63,523 bases of DNA, taken from NCBI GenBank assembly GCA_965644295.1, contig CBFFRP010000505.1, forward strand, positions 1-63,523, read 5' to 3'. The position numbers were made by a program, and so were the translations under genes. The notes beneath the pieces were generated by a model. That model was not told the DNA's origin. It searched no databases and saw only the letters and a list, made by a program, of their open reading frames with translations. The stretch's first letter is position 1. Each line of letters starts with the position of its first letter. This document shows, one piece after another, positions 11,682-26,300 of this stretch. This DNA is from Paraphysomonas bandaiensis (taxonomy: Eukaryota; Protista; Chrysophyceae).

Positions 11682-13297
11682 CTTGTTCAATTCACACAAT
11701 GTTTTTGACACAATCGAATATCCACGTTGAAAAAGTAATGGGAAAAGAACACACTAGTATTCATCGAGATATAAGCAATTTACCATCATCAACGCATTGA
11801 AATACTCTGAGTCATAACAATAATATCACCAGGAAAATATATTTTACCATAATGAATTGTCCATCTATCGTCAATCAATTACAGAGTAAACTTTAGAAGT
11901 ACAAAGTAACTCCGTTGAGAACTCATTGCAACAACATATCAATATCATGAGAAAGAATCAAGTCATATGACAGACTCCCTTATGAAATATAGATACTTCC
12001 CACTTTGTATGTGTAAAACCAAAGAGACACTCCCATCAACTTATTGACCATCGTAACGACATTTCAAACATCTTATTCACACTATAACCAGAACCAGAGA
12101 TCTTAGAAATGAATAACATTTGGGTAACATAAGACGATCAAATATAATTTGTTTCACCTTGGCAACTCAACTAGAGTTAATCTTCACGTATATGGAAATT
12201 TTCCCATTGGAAAACAAATAACTTGAGAATAACTTAGACAACATGGAATAACATGGAATATCTAAGTTGAAAGTTCAAAAATTTCAAGATACAGATCAAA
12301 ATTTTGTAAACCAGAACACAATTACGTAACCAGGAATACAAGTATAAAGTGAATCAAAGGAACAATAACCTTAGAAAGAATCTGGACAAATATCCACCGA
12401 ATACTCGTTACAACAAACGTAATTGAACAATAGCACAGTCAAGTTTTAACCTTGTCGTAACCAGACAACATATGTCACAGCAACAACGTTATAAAACTTC
12501 TCATTTCACTCATCATAAAAATTTACCGAGTTCACAAAGTAACTTGATAACTCTTCTATTCCGAATCCAAATTCATAATATCAACAACCAGAACTGCACA
12601 AACTCCATATCACACACTTAATTCATCTTCCTGAATTTAATATGAACTCATCAACTTTCGGAAATTCAACTCAAACTTTAACTCTGACAACATTCTGACA
12701 CCAAACCTTCACAAGTTGAAAGTAAACTCAAAATGCTTTCAAAACATTACAAAAGTAAGTTCACTCAAACAACACCTTAATATGTTGATTCAGACACTTG
12801 AGCTCAACATTGTTGACACAGTTGTAACTTTGAATGTAAAACTTGTGCATCAAGATCAGCAATTACTCCTCACTAAAGAAGCACCAATAATACTTTTCCT
12901 CTTCCTAATCACACACCTCCTTCATTCCATAATATATATAATGTATAAAACCTCAAACCTCAAATTTCAAACATGAACAACAAGTTCACACATTCCGAAT
13001 ATCAAACAAACTACAGTTCGTTCACCCATAACTAACTGCTCAAAAAACGGTCGACAGTTACGTTTTTTTCAGTTATTGAGTTTGATAATATTTCAGGAAA
13101 TCTCTCAATTTCACCACGACTGCACCCACACACCCTTCCAAACCGACTTGACACTGTCAATCAGCTGATGATGAATGCGTTATTAATAGTTAGTCGCGCT
13201 CTGCGCCTCCAAGCACAACATTGTAGTCTTGAAGTATCACTTGTAGTAACGCACTATAGCCACGTAAGTAAGGCACGCGAGATGCCACGTGGTCACA

Positions 13298-16200
13298 GAA
13301 CGTAAACGGTAACCCCTCCAACAACCCAGGAAAAATCGAAGCTATCCTACACTACATACGCACACACCATATAGACTGTCTTTACCTGCTCGACGTCCGC
13401 CTGTCACAAAACCAGGCACTATACCTTGCTGACTACATCCAGGACCAGATTCCAGGGGTTCTTGTCTGCAACTTCCTTAACTCGACGCGGAAACAGGGCC
13501 CCAACGATCCGCACATGGGAGGAACTATTGCAGTGATCAGCGAAGCGTGGAAAGGAAGAGTCCGCCACACAGGCTCCGACTGCACTGGATTAGGGCTCAT
13601 CTCTCGAATCGAATTTCACACCGGCAGACCTAACAGAGAAGAAAGATTCACTACCATAGGAGTGTACCTCCCCCCCAAGCCTGCGACCGATGGACCCTGC
13701 ACACTGTGGGCATCACTAAAAGCCTTCGGCAAGAATGCTCACAGGAACGGCGCCACGGGACCCTACGACATCCTCACGAACATCCTATCCAAATGGATCA
13801 CCAAAGCCAGGGCAAACAACCACACAGTACTAGTTGGCGGAGATTTCAACGCCACCCTAGAGGGACAAACAGGTAAAAGGGACCTCAGAGGTTTAGCAAG
13901 ATCCCTGCAGCTAACAGCCCCTCTCATACAAACCCTTGACCAGGAGGCACCATACCACACCTTCTACTGGAAAGACCGCGGCATCTCCAGAATAGACCAT
14001 ATACTACATTCTCCCCTCCCTACACACTTTCATAACACTAGAAATGGATGCCACACATCTGATGCCATCACTGCTGCACCATTTGATCACAGACCGGTCT
14101 GGATCCAGATCGACATTAGCGGTACATGCCCAACCCTTCCCAAGGAACGGCACCGTCAGATTCCTCCACGGCTCAACATCAACCCTGCTGACCACGACAT
14201 GGTAGAAGAATTCCAGACCCACCTACACAAACACCACCACAAATTGTCCACGCTCCCCACGCACCCTCACCCCGCCGAAGATGCAGCCATAAAACTGGCG
14301 CTCCTCCATCGTATCACATTAGAAGCGGCCCACGATACCCGTCACGCGGACAGAACCAAGAAAAACGGCATCCATGCAAAATGCCAACGAAAACGATCCC
14401 GGTTCAAGGATGGCTTCTCCGCCGAAATGAGAGTCCTACAAATGGCACTCCACCTGATCGTATATCTCAAACGAAAGCTCTTTACCAGATCCGGCCACCT
14501 ACACCCCCGTGTCACCGATGCATACTTATACAGCATCGTCCGGAGAGGAATCTGCAGATGGGAGCGCACCACTGCTGCACTTGACCGCTCATCAGAGGAC
14601 CACGATCGACCGCCCACTGCCATCATCCGGGCCGCGACAGACCCAAGACAAATGCTAACATGGACCACAACAAACGTCACAGGCAACGCCTTCGACAACC
14701 TCCGTGACAGTCTCATGCGAATGCTCTAAGGGAGAGCCCGAGCTGAAATGAGGAAAAGGATGACCACCAGAACACACACCCTCCAAGACCAACTCGAAAC
14801 ACAACAGATACGCAAGATCCTCCAATCCATCGAACTAAAGCGGAAGCAGACACCAGCACTCACCCGTCTCACCCTGGAGGACGGGGCCACGATCACCATT
14901 CCATCGGAGATACAGGAAGCCCTGAACAAGCACTTCACGGCACACCACGCATTCCCCAAAGGCATGGACCCCACCGCCCACAGATTACACCACGACGACA
15001 ACTGGTGGCGCGAACTAACCGCCGGCGATAACCTACACAACCCTCTCCACCCAAACTCCGCTATCCCGATACAACATCATTCTGGACTACGCAAACTATG
15101 CAAAACAAAGGTCGGCCCATCCACCTCAGCAAAGATACAGGAAGCCCTCAGGCAACAAATTTCGATAAATGAGTTCCACTCCACCCTTGATAATATGGCC
15201 AAGGACAAAGCACCCGGACCGTCCATGGTCACCACAAACATGATAAAAAGTTGGACCCCACAAGTCAAAATAGAAGTGCTCGGTCTCCTACAAACGCTCT
15301 GGACCCACCGCCACATCCCACACTGGTGGAGAGACAGAGTCATGACCCCACTACTCAAGAAACCGGGAAACACCTCCCTCAAAAACCTGAGACCGATCAG
15401 TTTGCTAGAGGTTCTCCGCAAATTGATGTCACGCATCATTACCCACCGACTCCTCCAAATCTGGGAAGACGACGCTGTCCTACACCCGGCGCAACACGGT
15501 TACAGGTGGAGACATGGAACAGACACTGCCATCCTTCGTGTACTAGCGGCCACCGAACTGGCCAAGCTCACAGGACACGCGAAAATATGCACCTTTTGGG
15601 ACTTCCAAAAAGCCTTCGACTCCATTGCACCTAACCTCCTCAAACTCGCGTGGGCGAGACTTGGGGTTCCAGAAGACACGATCAAATGGCTCAGCGAACT
15701 AGACTGCGAGGGGCGCACCTACATCTGGACACCGCACATGGCTGACCACATCGATCCCAAAACCCTAGAGGAATTAAGTCAATCCGACGGTTCCTTCCTC
15801 CGGAACCCCGACATGGGATTCTCCGCCAACAGAGGCGTTACACAGGGCGGAACAGAGTCCACAGTCGCATGGATCGTCATCTTCGACATGATCCTCTGCT
15901 GGTCTGACCTTAATGACGACAGTCAGGACAAAGCGTACGCGGACGACTTCTCCCAAATAACCAACTCCATTGCCACCGTGCAGATGAAGGCGGACAGACT
16001 CTCATCCTTCTGTGCATTCACGGGCATGCAGCTAGCCATAGCCAAAACGGAATGCATTGCAATAGGCTCTCCCTTTGAAGTTGAGGCCATGCTAGAAACA
16101 GAGCCCACCATAACTATTAGAGATTGGAACTGGAACCCGCACACCATCCCCATTAGAGCCACTACAGTCCCCACCAAATACCTCGGAGTCCTACTCCCGT

Positions 16201-18582
16201 TCTCCTCGAAGGACACCGACTCGCACGCATGGTGTGTCGACTACGTCACCACGTCCGCAACACATCTTCGCTATAAATGTGCATCCCCAGACTGTAAACT
16301 GTTAGCGCTTAACACACAAATACTCCCGACACTACTCTACAAAGCCACCAAAGCCTCCTGGACATACGACAGATACCTGGACATAGACAAACTTCTTGCA
16401 CGAGCAGCCAGGAAAGTCCTCCGTCTACCCCCGGGATACCCCACAGCCCTCATCTATCTGCCCACGAAATACAAAGGACTTGGCTTGCGTAAGTTCTCCA
16501 CCTGTGCTCAGACCCAAAAGTGGCACACAATCCAAAGGGCCATCACCTTGGGAGGGGAACCCAAGCGAGCCGCCATATCCATCTTACAACGTCACGATCA
16601 CAATCGCCCAGACATCGACCTGTACATCACTAGCCTGGTCCAATGGGGACAACAGCTCGGAATTCGACTGCAGCCCCCATCCCCAGCCACGCCCCAATTC
16701 CGAGAAACCATCGACAAGGTCCAATCCCAACTCCAACTGCACAACAATCATCCACACGACTTTCAAGCCATATTCACTGATGGTTCCTTCACTCGCACAA
16801 ACCTCTCTCCGGCTCATCTCCTAGGTGACTCTCACGTGCAGCCCGAAACACACAACGGGGGGGCAGCAATTGTCTGGCTCCCACCCAAAACCAACTGGAG
16901 CACAGGAATAACCAAAATCCTTCGACTTACAGCCCCCGAGCAAACCTTACCCGGGATAACCCCATACACCTACGAGACCCTGGCAATGTCAGCAGCCCTC
17001 ACGTTCTCGAAACTCGTATCCCCCACCGTACCTATGTGCACCGATTGCCAAGCAGTCCAAACACGAACCACGGAAGCTCTCTCTCGTCGGTGGCGGGCCC
17101 TCGGCACAAAGCCCCAGGGCATCTTTTACGAATGCCTCGCCACAGGAAATCACCGACAGCGACCAATCCGATGAGTCCGCTCCCATCCAGAACGCCGAAC
17201 ACAAGATAGGAACAACTGGACCTACAACGACTATGGCATTTACATAGCTGACGCTGCCGCCAGTGGAGAGTGGTCGGCGATCGACAAAATACTAGGCGGC
17301 ACAAACTACAGCGTGGTCACGACTGAGATCACACACCTCATCGACGAATTCCTCACTGCCGGCCAATGGCAATGGAGAAGATACGACAAATTCCTCCACA
17401 CCGACTGTGGACCCATGCTAGGGGATGTCACCGAACTCCAACATCAATGGGACCTCCACCAATACATCCTCACGCGTGACGGCACGTACCCCGCAAGCGC
17501 AAGCCGGGACTCGCAGTACTGGACACGCAGCGGCACCAGGCTCCCACACAAACTTCACCCTCTCAAGCCCAATAATTCGTCCAACTGCTATGTCCCATTC
17601 CACGACCGCATCCGTGAAACGGCATATGTCTGGGACAAATCATACGCGATGGGCAGAAACAGGGCCAAGGGCAAACATGGAGACGAACTTACAACAGCAG
17701 CCAAATGCACAGACTGTGACCACAACCTGGACAACATGGCGCATATGCTCCTCCACTGTCCACACCCTGAGATCGCCCAACTACGTGAACATGCCTTCCA
17801 CACACAGCAAACCCAGCTTACAAAACTCCACGGGCAACTGCAACCCATCCCCTGGCTACACACCGCTCTACAAAGACTGGCGAGGGCTGCCTGGGATCCC
17901 ACCACACCCCAGGTTGAGAGATACTGGACCGGACAACTAACAGCCTTGCAACTCGCTAATGCTTTCGGACACAACATCTCCACCTCGCTACACGACCACC
18001 AGTTCCATAAACTCGAGAAATCCGTCACCAAAGTCCTGCTCCCCTCTACAATGGAGGAATAAACATGCTCAAAAACAGAGGATGCCGATTTCACAGTAAC
18101 GATGCGACAACAATGACACCAACCTCGACTCATGCCAGCTCACAACCACGTCGCACATACCCCACCACCAACCCGACGATCCTCCAGCTACTTAAAGCGA
18201 CATCCACCCCCAGAGCCGTGCCCCACACGAGACCCCGCCCTCAACGCAGGCCTGCCAACCCGATCCGGAGGCAGACAACACTCATTTCCGACAGAACCAC
18301 AACCACAACTGCTGGTAATCCCACCACCTCCGCTGACACACATTCACAGAATGGCACGTCACCCCCCACACCCCGACTCGCATGCAGATATGGACCACCA
18401 GACACACTACCCAAAGGACGACCACCAGACTAAACTTCAAACAAGGGATGGTTGCACCAAGGTGCTTGCAGCAATGCACAAGCAATCCCGAGATAACTGA
18501 GCATTTCATAATGTGAGTTACAACTAGTCTAAAGTTATAGATAGATAAATGCAACAAGCTATCTCATGTAATAATCAGATCT
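13298..18582 (+). mobile_element. LINE copy C, 5'-truncated at the start of APE: APE-RT-RNase H-CCHC-3' UTR, inactivated
   Basis: NVNG...DCLYLLDVR...YLPP...GGDFNA...SRIDH...DHRPV (APE); YADD (RT); FTDGS (RH). ORFs at 13515, 14748 and 17313 share one frame, broken by TAA (14727) and TGA (17172; Trp in copy B). Frameshift near 18040. Ends CATGTAATAATCAGATCT. Confidence 0.93.
13515..18500 (+). pseudogene. LINE APE-RT-RNase H polyprotein with two nonsense mutations and at least one frameshift
   Basis: Collinear with copy B and with the APE at 58521-59790. Confidence 0.9.
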
Positions 18583-18593
18583 AATTATTATAG

Positions 18594-19030
18594 ATTGAGA
18601 ATAAGCTAGATAGACAAGGTAGTATTGTAATAGAAATAAAAGAATATTATAAATATGATTTCAAAATAGAAGAATAAAACCTGTTTACAAGAGTATATCA
18701 GGAAATCTCTTGCAAAACTCCGCATCGACCAACACCATAATAGAAGAGTCAAATAAATGTAGTAACTCGACCGTAGTAATGAACGTCATAGGCACTCCAT
18801 TCAACAAAGGGCAATATAGATCAATATACGCAATTTACGACGACCCGCCCACCGTACATAGTTACACTCCACAACATAAATAGTCGTATAACAATTCGGT
18901 AAGTCTAGTGTATCATAAAAATCGGCACCCCAAGCACGTAAATCTACATAAATAGTTTGACCAGGAGACACTCCGTCCCTCAATAGGAATACGTTTCATA
19001 CGAGTACGTTCAGCTTTAGCCATGGTAGCA
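18594..19030 (-). pseudogene. Relic of a related Gypsy family: pol C-terminus and 3' UTR
   Basis: GVSPGQTIYVDLRAWGADFYDTLDLPNCY is similar to GVQPGQKVYINLRAWGADFYDALSLPDCY of the intact pol; shared UTR CTAGATAGACAAGGTAGTATT and stop region TTACAAGAGTATATCAGG. Confidence 0.85.
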
Positions 19031-19187
19031 GTAACAACATCCTCGTATCGATAACAGATTTCACTCATTCAAATAGAATACCGCAGTAAAAGTAAACGAT
19101 ACTGAATTCTCAAATACGGATATTTGGATTAACCTTTGCCTTGTATTATTGTATCCAATAACCAAATGAGAAATTCGTAGAAGAATT

Positions 19188-19300
19188 GGTCATGTACGTA
19201 ACTCTTTCCACAATTGAATGATATTTGAAGCATGCATCCGATCATCATAAACTTCACGCAATACCAACTTTAAGAAATGCGCTTCAACTCTACTCGAATA
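19188..19300 (+). repeat. 113-bp dispersed repeat, copy 2, interrupted by LINE copy D
   Basis: Match to 11569-11681 stops exactly where LINE homology begins. Confidence 0.85.
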
Positions 19301-19951
19301 TTTGGTGCCTGTTGTAACACTATACCAGTAGAAGACCTGGACACACGGGTCTACAACGCCCGCATTCGACCCCGGGACGAAAATGATCACTCAGACTGCA
19401 TCTTCATCGATGCCTGTACAGACATCCACCCACAGGAGGAAATCCTCCTGGATTACGGAGATGGGCATCTCATCTCTCGCACAAACAAGCCACCAGATGA
19501 TGAGTGCCTCCGCATCTATAGAAAATACCTCGCAACTGTAGACGCCACAGAAGCCCACCCACCCCCACCCAGACGCTCCCCCCGCATACACCCCCCCGCC
19601 ACCCACAAACCTCGGAGAACACAGAGAACCACTCCCTCGAAAGCAAAGGCAGCGCCCCCCCGAGAGCAAGCTCGAAACCACACTCCTTCCACGTCAGCAT
19701 TCATAGATGACTCCACTGAACAATGGGCCTTCTACTCACCGTCTGGCCTCATTGCCATGACACTATATCCTTCAGAATTACAACAACTACTTGAGATCCC
19801 CAGAGAGACCGCCACCCGTAGTACTATCAAGAACCTAGTTAACACCTGCCTCAAGAATGGGGAAATATGCACCGCTAGGTCGTACACAACCGCTGAGGTC
19901 AACACAACCCCAGAAAATGGTCTCTGTGGGATAGGAGCAATTGGTCCCCTC
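19301..19951 (+). mobile_element. LINE copy D, left piece (C-terminal half of SET1, start of OTU-like 1)
   Basis: FGACCNTIP...EEILLDYG...PENGLCGIGAIGPL, then breaks at the TIR. Confidence 0.9.
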
Positions 19952-20381
19952 AAGTAAACATTATGCAAACGTGGGAATTTTACGATATTTTGGGAAATTT
20001 AGGAGTATTTAGAGTATTTAAGTAGAAATGTTAAAGAAACAATTCTATTTGTGGTATTAGGGTTAGAGACAACAAAAAATATTAATTTTATTATAATTTT
20101 AAGTCTCATAGGATGTAACAGAAGCGCCTTTTTGCTTACCAGCAACCACGTTATCTGCCCTCATACTACCACTGTCAACCCATTGATCATAATGATGCCA
20201 GCAGTCATTGCCCTACTCGTAGCTACATTGTTTCTAGCCACTTGTGATTTAATATACAACTTACGTACGATCATGAATACATTACATCATATAACTATCC
20301 TTTCACTGTATGAACAACACACACTAAGTCCATCAATATTTATCACTTTCTCACTCAAGTGAACTGTAGTTCACCCCATTG

Positions 20382-23300
20382 CCATCACACAACCAATACA
20401 CGTCATACACTTTCTCTCGGTGCACCTTGCCTGAGCATACTATATACACTCAGCTAACAGACGTAGCAGCAGTATGACTGTACAACAAAATATAGACACT
20501 GTGCAACCAATACACGTCATACACTATTGTCTCTCAGTACAACATGAGCCTCTGCATGCACTCGGCTCAAAGAGAGAATATAAGTGTAGCATAACATATA
20601 CAATATATACCCATCACACAACCAATACACGTCATACACTATCTCTCGGTGCACCCTGCCTGAGCATACTATAATATTCACTCAGCTAACACACATAGCA
20701 GCAGAATGACAGTACAACATATACCCATCATACACTATTGTTTCTCAGTACAACATGAGTCTCTTGCATGCACTCGGCTCAACGAGAGAATATAAGTGTA
20801 GCGTAACATTATACAATATATACCCATCACACAACCAATACACGTCATACACTATCTCTCGGTGGCCTGAGCATACTATAATATTCACTCAGCTAACAGA
20901 CGTAGCAGCAGTATTACTGTACAACATATACCCATCACACAACCAATACACGTCATACACTATTGTCTCTCAGTACAACATGAGTCTCTTGCCTGCACTC
21001 GGCTCAACGAGAGAATATAAGTGTAGCATAACACATACAACATACCCATCACACAACCAATACTGCCTGAGCATACTATATTCACTCAGCTAACACACGT
21101 AGCAGCAGTATTACTGTACAACATATACCCATCACACAACCAATACACGTCATACACTATTGTCTCTCAGTACAACATGAGTCTCTTGCATGCACTCGGC
21201 TCAACGAGAGAATATAAGTGTAGCATAACATATACAACATACCCATCACACAACCAATACACGTCATACACTTTCTCTCGGTGCACCTTGCCTGAGCATA
21301 CTATATACACTCAGCTAACACGCGTAGCAGCATTATTACTGTACAACATATACCCATCACACAACCAATACTCGTCATACACTATTGTTTCTCAGTACAT
21401 AAGCCTCTTGCATGCACTCGGCTTAGCAAGAGAATATAAGTGTAGCATAACATATACAACATACCCATCACACAACCAATACACGTCATACACTATTGTC
21501 TCTCAGTACAACATGAGTCTCTTGCCTGCACTCGGCTCAACGAGAGAATATAAGTGTAGCATAACACATACAACATACCCATCACACAACCAATACTGCC
21601 TGAGCATACTATATTCACTCAGCTAACACGCGTAGCAGCAGTATTACTGTACAACATATACCCATCACACAACCAATACACGTCATACACTATTGTCTCT
21701 CAGTACATAAGCCTCTTGCATGCACTCGGCTCAACGAGAGAATATAAGTGTACCATAACATATACAACATACCCATCACACAACCAATACACGTCATACA
21801 CTTTCTCTCGGTGCACCTTGCTGAGCATACTATATTCACTCAGCTAACATGCGTAGCAACAGTATGACTGTACAACATATACCCATTACACGTGATGCAC
21901 TATTGTCTCTCAGTACAACATGAGTCTCTTGCCTGCACTCGGCTCAACGAGAGAATATAAGTGTAGCATAACATATACAACATACCCATCACACAACCAA
22001 TACACGTCATACACTTTCTCTCGGTGCACCCTCCTGCCTGAGCATACTATATTCACTCAGCTAACACGCGTAGCAGCAGTATTACTGTACAACATATACC
22101 CATCACACAACCAATACACGTCATACACTATTGTCTCTCAGTACAACATGAGTCTCTTGCATGCACTCGGCTCAACGAGAGAATATAAGTGTAGCATAAC
22201 ATATACAACATACCCATCACACAACCAATACACGTCATACACTTTCTCTCGGTGCACCTTGCCTGAGCATACTATATACACTCAGCTAACAGACGTAGCA
22301 GCAGTATGACTGTACAACAAAATATAGACACTGTGCAACCAATACACGTCATACACTATTGTCTCTCAGTACAACATGAGCCTCTGCATGCACTCGGCTC
22401 AAAGAGAGAATATAAGTGTAGCATAACATATACAATATATACCCATCACACAACCAATACACGTCATACACTATCTCTCGGTGCACCCTGCCTGAGCATA
22501 CTATAATATTCACTCAGCTAACACACATAGCAGCAGAATGACAGTACAACATATACCCATCATACACTATTGTTTCTCAGTACAACATGAGTCTCTTGCA
22601 TGCACTCGGCTCAACGAGAGAATATAAGTGTAGCGTAACATTATACAATATATACCCATCACACAACCAATACACGTCATACACTATCTCTCGGTGGCCT
22701 GAGCATACTATAATATTCACTCAGCTAACAGACGTAGCAGCAGTATTACTGTACAACATATACCCATCACACAACCAATACACGTCATACACTATTGTCT
22801 CTCAGTACAACATGAGTCTCTTGCCTGCACTCGGCTCAACGAGAGAATATAAGTGTAGCATAACACATACAACATACCCATCACACAACCAATACTGCCT
22901 GAGCATACTATATTCACTCAGCTAACACACGTAGCAGCAGTATTACTGTACAACATATACCCATCACACAACCAATACACGTCATACACTATTGTCTCTC
23001 AGTACAACATGAGTCTCTTGCATGCACTCGGCTCAACGAGAGAATATAAGTGTAGCATAACATATACAACATACCCATCACACAACCAATACACGTCATA
23101 CACTTTCTCTCGGTGCACCTTGCCTGAGCATACTATATACACTCAGCTAACACGCGTAGCAGCATTATTACTGTACAACATATACCCATCACACAACCAA
23201 TACTCGTCATACACTATTGTTTCTCAGTACATAAGCCTCTTGCATGCACTCGGCTTAGCAAGAGAATATAAGTGTAGCATAACATATACAACATACCCAT

Positions 23301-26300
23301 CACACAACCAATACACGTCATACACTATTGTCTCTCAGTACAACATGAGTCTCTTGCCTGCACTCGGCTCAACGAGAGAATATAAGTGTAGCATAACACA
23401 TACAACATACCCATCACACAACCAATACTGCCTGAGCATACTATATTCACTCAGCTAACACGCGTAGCAGCAGTATTACTGTACAACATATACCCATCAC
23501 ACAACCAATACACGTCATACACTATTGTCTCTCAGTACATAAGCCTCTTGCATGCACTCGGCTCAACGAGAGAATATAAGTGTACCATAACATATACAAC
23601 ATACCCATCACACAACCAATACACGTCATACACTTTCTCTCGGTGCACCTTGCTGAGCATACTATATTCACTCAGCTAACATGCGTAGCAACAGTATGAC
23701 TGTACAACATATACCCATTACACGTGATGCACTATTGTCTCTCAGTACAACATGAGTCTCTTGCCTGCACTCGGCTCAACGAGAGAATATAAGTGTAGCA
23801 TAACATATACAACATACCCATCACACAACCAATACACGTCATACACTTTCTCTCGGTGCACCCTCCTGCCTGAGCATACTATATTCACTCAGCTAACACG
23901 CGTAGCAGCAGTATTACTGTACAACATATACCCATCACACAACCAATACACGTCATACACTATTGTCTCTCAGTACAACATGAGTCTCTTGCATGCACTC
24001 GGCTCAACGAGAGAATATAAGTGTAGCATAACATATACAACATACCCATCACACAACCAATACACGTCATACACTTTCTCTCGGTGCACCTTGCCTGAGC
24101 ATACTATATACACTCAGCTAACACGCGTAGCAGCATTATTACTGTACAACATATACCCTTCACACAACCAATACTCGTCATACACTATTGTCTCTCAGTA
24201 CATAAGCCTCTTGCATGCACTCGGCTCAGCAAGAGAATATAAGTGTAGCATAACATATACAACATACCCATCACACAACCAATACACGTGATGCACTATT
24301 GTTTCTCAGTACAACATGAGTCTCTTGCATGCACTCGGCTCAACGAGAGAATATAAGTGTAGCATAACACATACAACATACCCATCACACAACCAATACT
24401 GCCTGAGCATACTATATTCACTCAGCTAACACACGTAGCAGCAGTATTACTGTACAACATATACCCATCACACAACCAATACACGTCATACACTATTGTC
24501 TCTCAGTACAACATGAGTCTCTTGCATGCACTCGGCTCAACGAGAGAATATAAGTGTAGCATAACACATACAACATACCCATCACACAACCAATACACGT
24601 CATACACTTTCTCTCGGTGCACCTTGCCTGAGCATACTATATACACTCAGCTAACACGCGTAGCAGCATTATTACTGTACAACATACACCCTTCACACAA
24701 CCAATACTCGTCATACACTATTGTTTCTCAGTACATAAGCCTCTTGCATGCACTCGGCTTAGCAAGAGAATATAAGTGTAGCATAACATATACAACATAC
24801 CCATCACACAACCAATACACGTCATACACTATTGTCTCTCAGTACAACATGAGTCTCTTGCATGCACTCGGCTCAACGAGAGAATATAAGTGTAGCATAA
24901 CATATACAACATACCCATCACACAACCAATACTGCCTGAGCATACTATATTCACTCAGCTAACACGCGTAGCAGCAGTATTACTGTACAACATATACCCA
25001 TCACACAACCAATACACGTCATACACTATTGTCTCTCAGTACATAAGCCTCTTGCATGCACTCGGCTCAACGAGAGAATATAAGTGTACCATAACATATA
25101 CAACATACCCATCACACAACCAATACACGTCATACACTTTCTCTCGGTGCACCTTGCTGAGCATACTATATTCACTCAGCTAACATGCGTAGCAGCAGTA
25201 TGACTGTACAACATATACCCATTACACGTGATGCACTATTGTCTCTCAGTACAACATGAGTCTCTTGCCTGCACTCGGCTCAACGAGAGAATATAAGTGT
25301 AGCATAACATATACAACATACCCATCACACAACCAATACACGTCATACACTTTCTCTCGGTGCACCCTCCTGCCTGAGCATACTATATTCACTCAGCTAA
25401 CACGCGTAGCAGCAGTATTACTGTACAACATATACCCATCACACAACCAATACACGTCATACACTATTGTCTCTCAGTACATAAGCCTCTTGCATGCACT
25501 CGGCTCAACGAGAGAATATAAGTGTACCATAACATATACAACATACCCATCACACAACCAATACACGTCATACACTTTCTCTCGGTGCACCTTGCTGAGC
25601 ATACTATATTCACTCAGCTAACATGCGTAGCAGCAGTATGACTGTACAACATATACCCATTACACGTGATGCACTATTGTCTCTCAGTACAACATGAGTC
25701 TCTTGCCTGCACTCGGCTCAACGAGAGAATATAAGTGTAGCATAACATATACAACATACCCATCACACAACCAATACACGTGATGCACTATTGTTTCTCA
25801 GTACAGCATGAGTCTCTTGCCTGCACTCGGCTCAACGAGAGAATATAAGTGCAGCATAACACATACAACATACCCATCACACAACCAATACTGCCTGAGC
25901 ATACTATATTCACTCAGCTAACACACGTAGCAGCAGTATTACTGTACAACATATACCCATCACACAACCAATACACGTCATACACTATTGTCTCTCAGTA
26001 CAACATGAGTCTCTTGCATGCACTCGGCTCAACGAGAGAATATAAGTGTAGCATAACATATACAACATACCCATCACACAACCAATACACGTCATACACT
26101 TTCTCTCGGTGCACCCTCCTGCCTGAGCATACTATATACACTCAGCTAACATGCGTAGCAGCAGTATGACTGTACAACATATACCCATTACACGTGATGC
26201 ACTATTGTCTCTCAGTACAACATGAGTCTCTTGCCTGCACTCGGCTCAACGAGAGAATATAAGTGTAGCATAACATATACAACATACCCATCACACAACC

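Noticed and set aside
14727-17174. In-frame TAA/TGA in LINE copy C as evidence for an alternative genetic code
   Set aside because: Copy B has TGG (Trp) at the TGA site and other long ORFs read with the standard code; these are ordinary nonsense mutations
6982-18557. Many short antisense or alternate-frame ORFs over the LINE copies
   Set aside because: Shadow ORFs of C/A-rich coding sequence with no independent motifs
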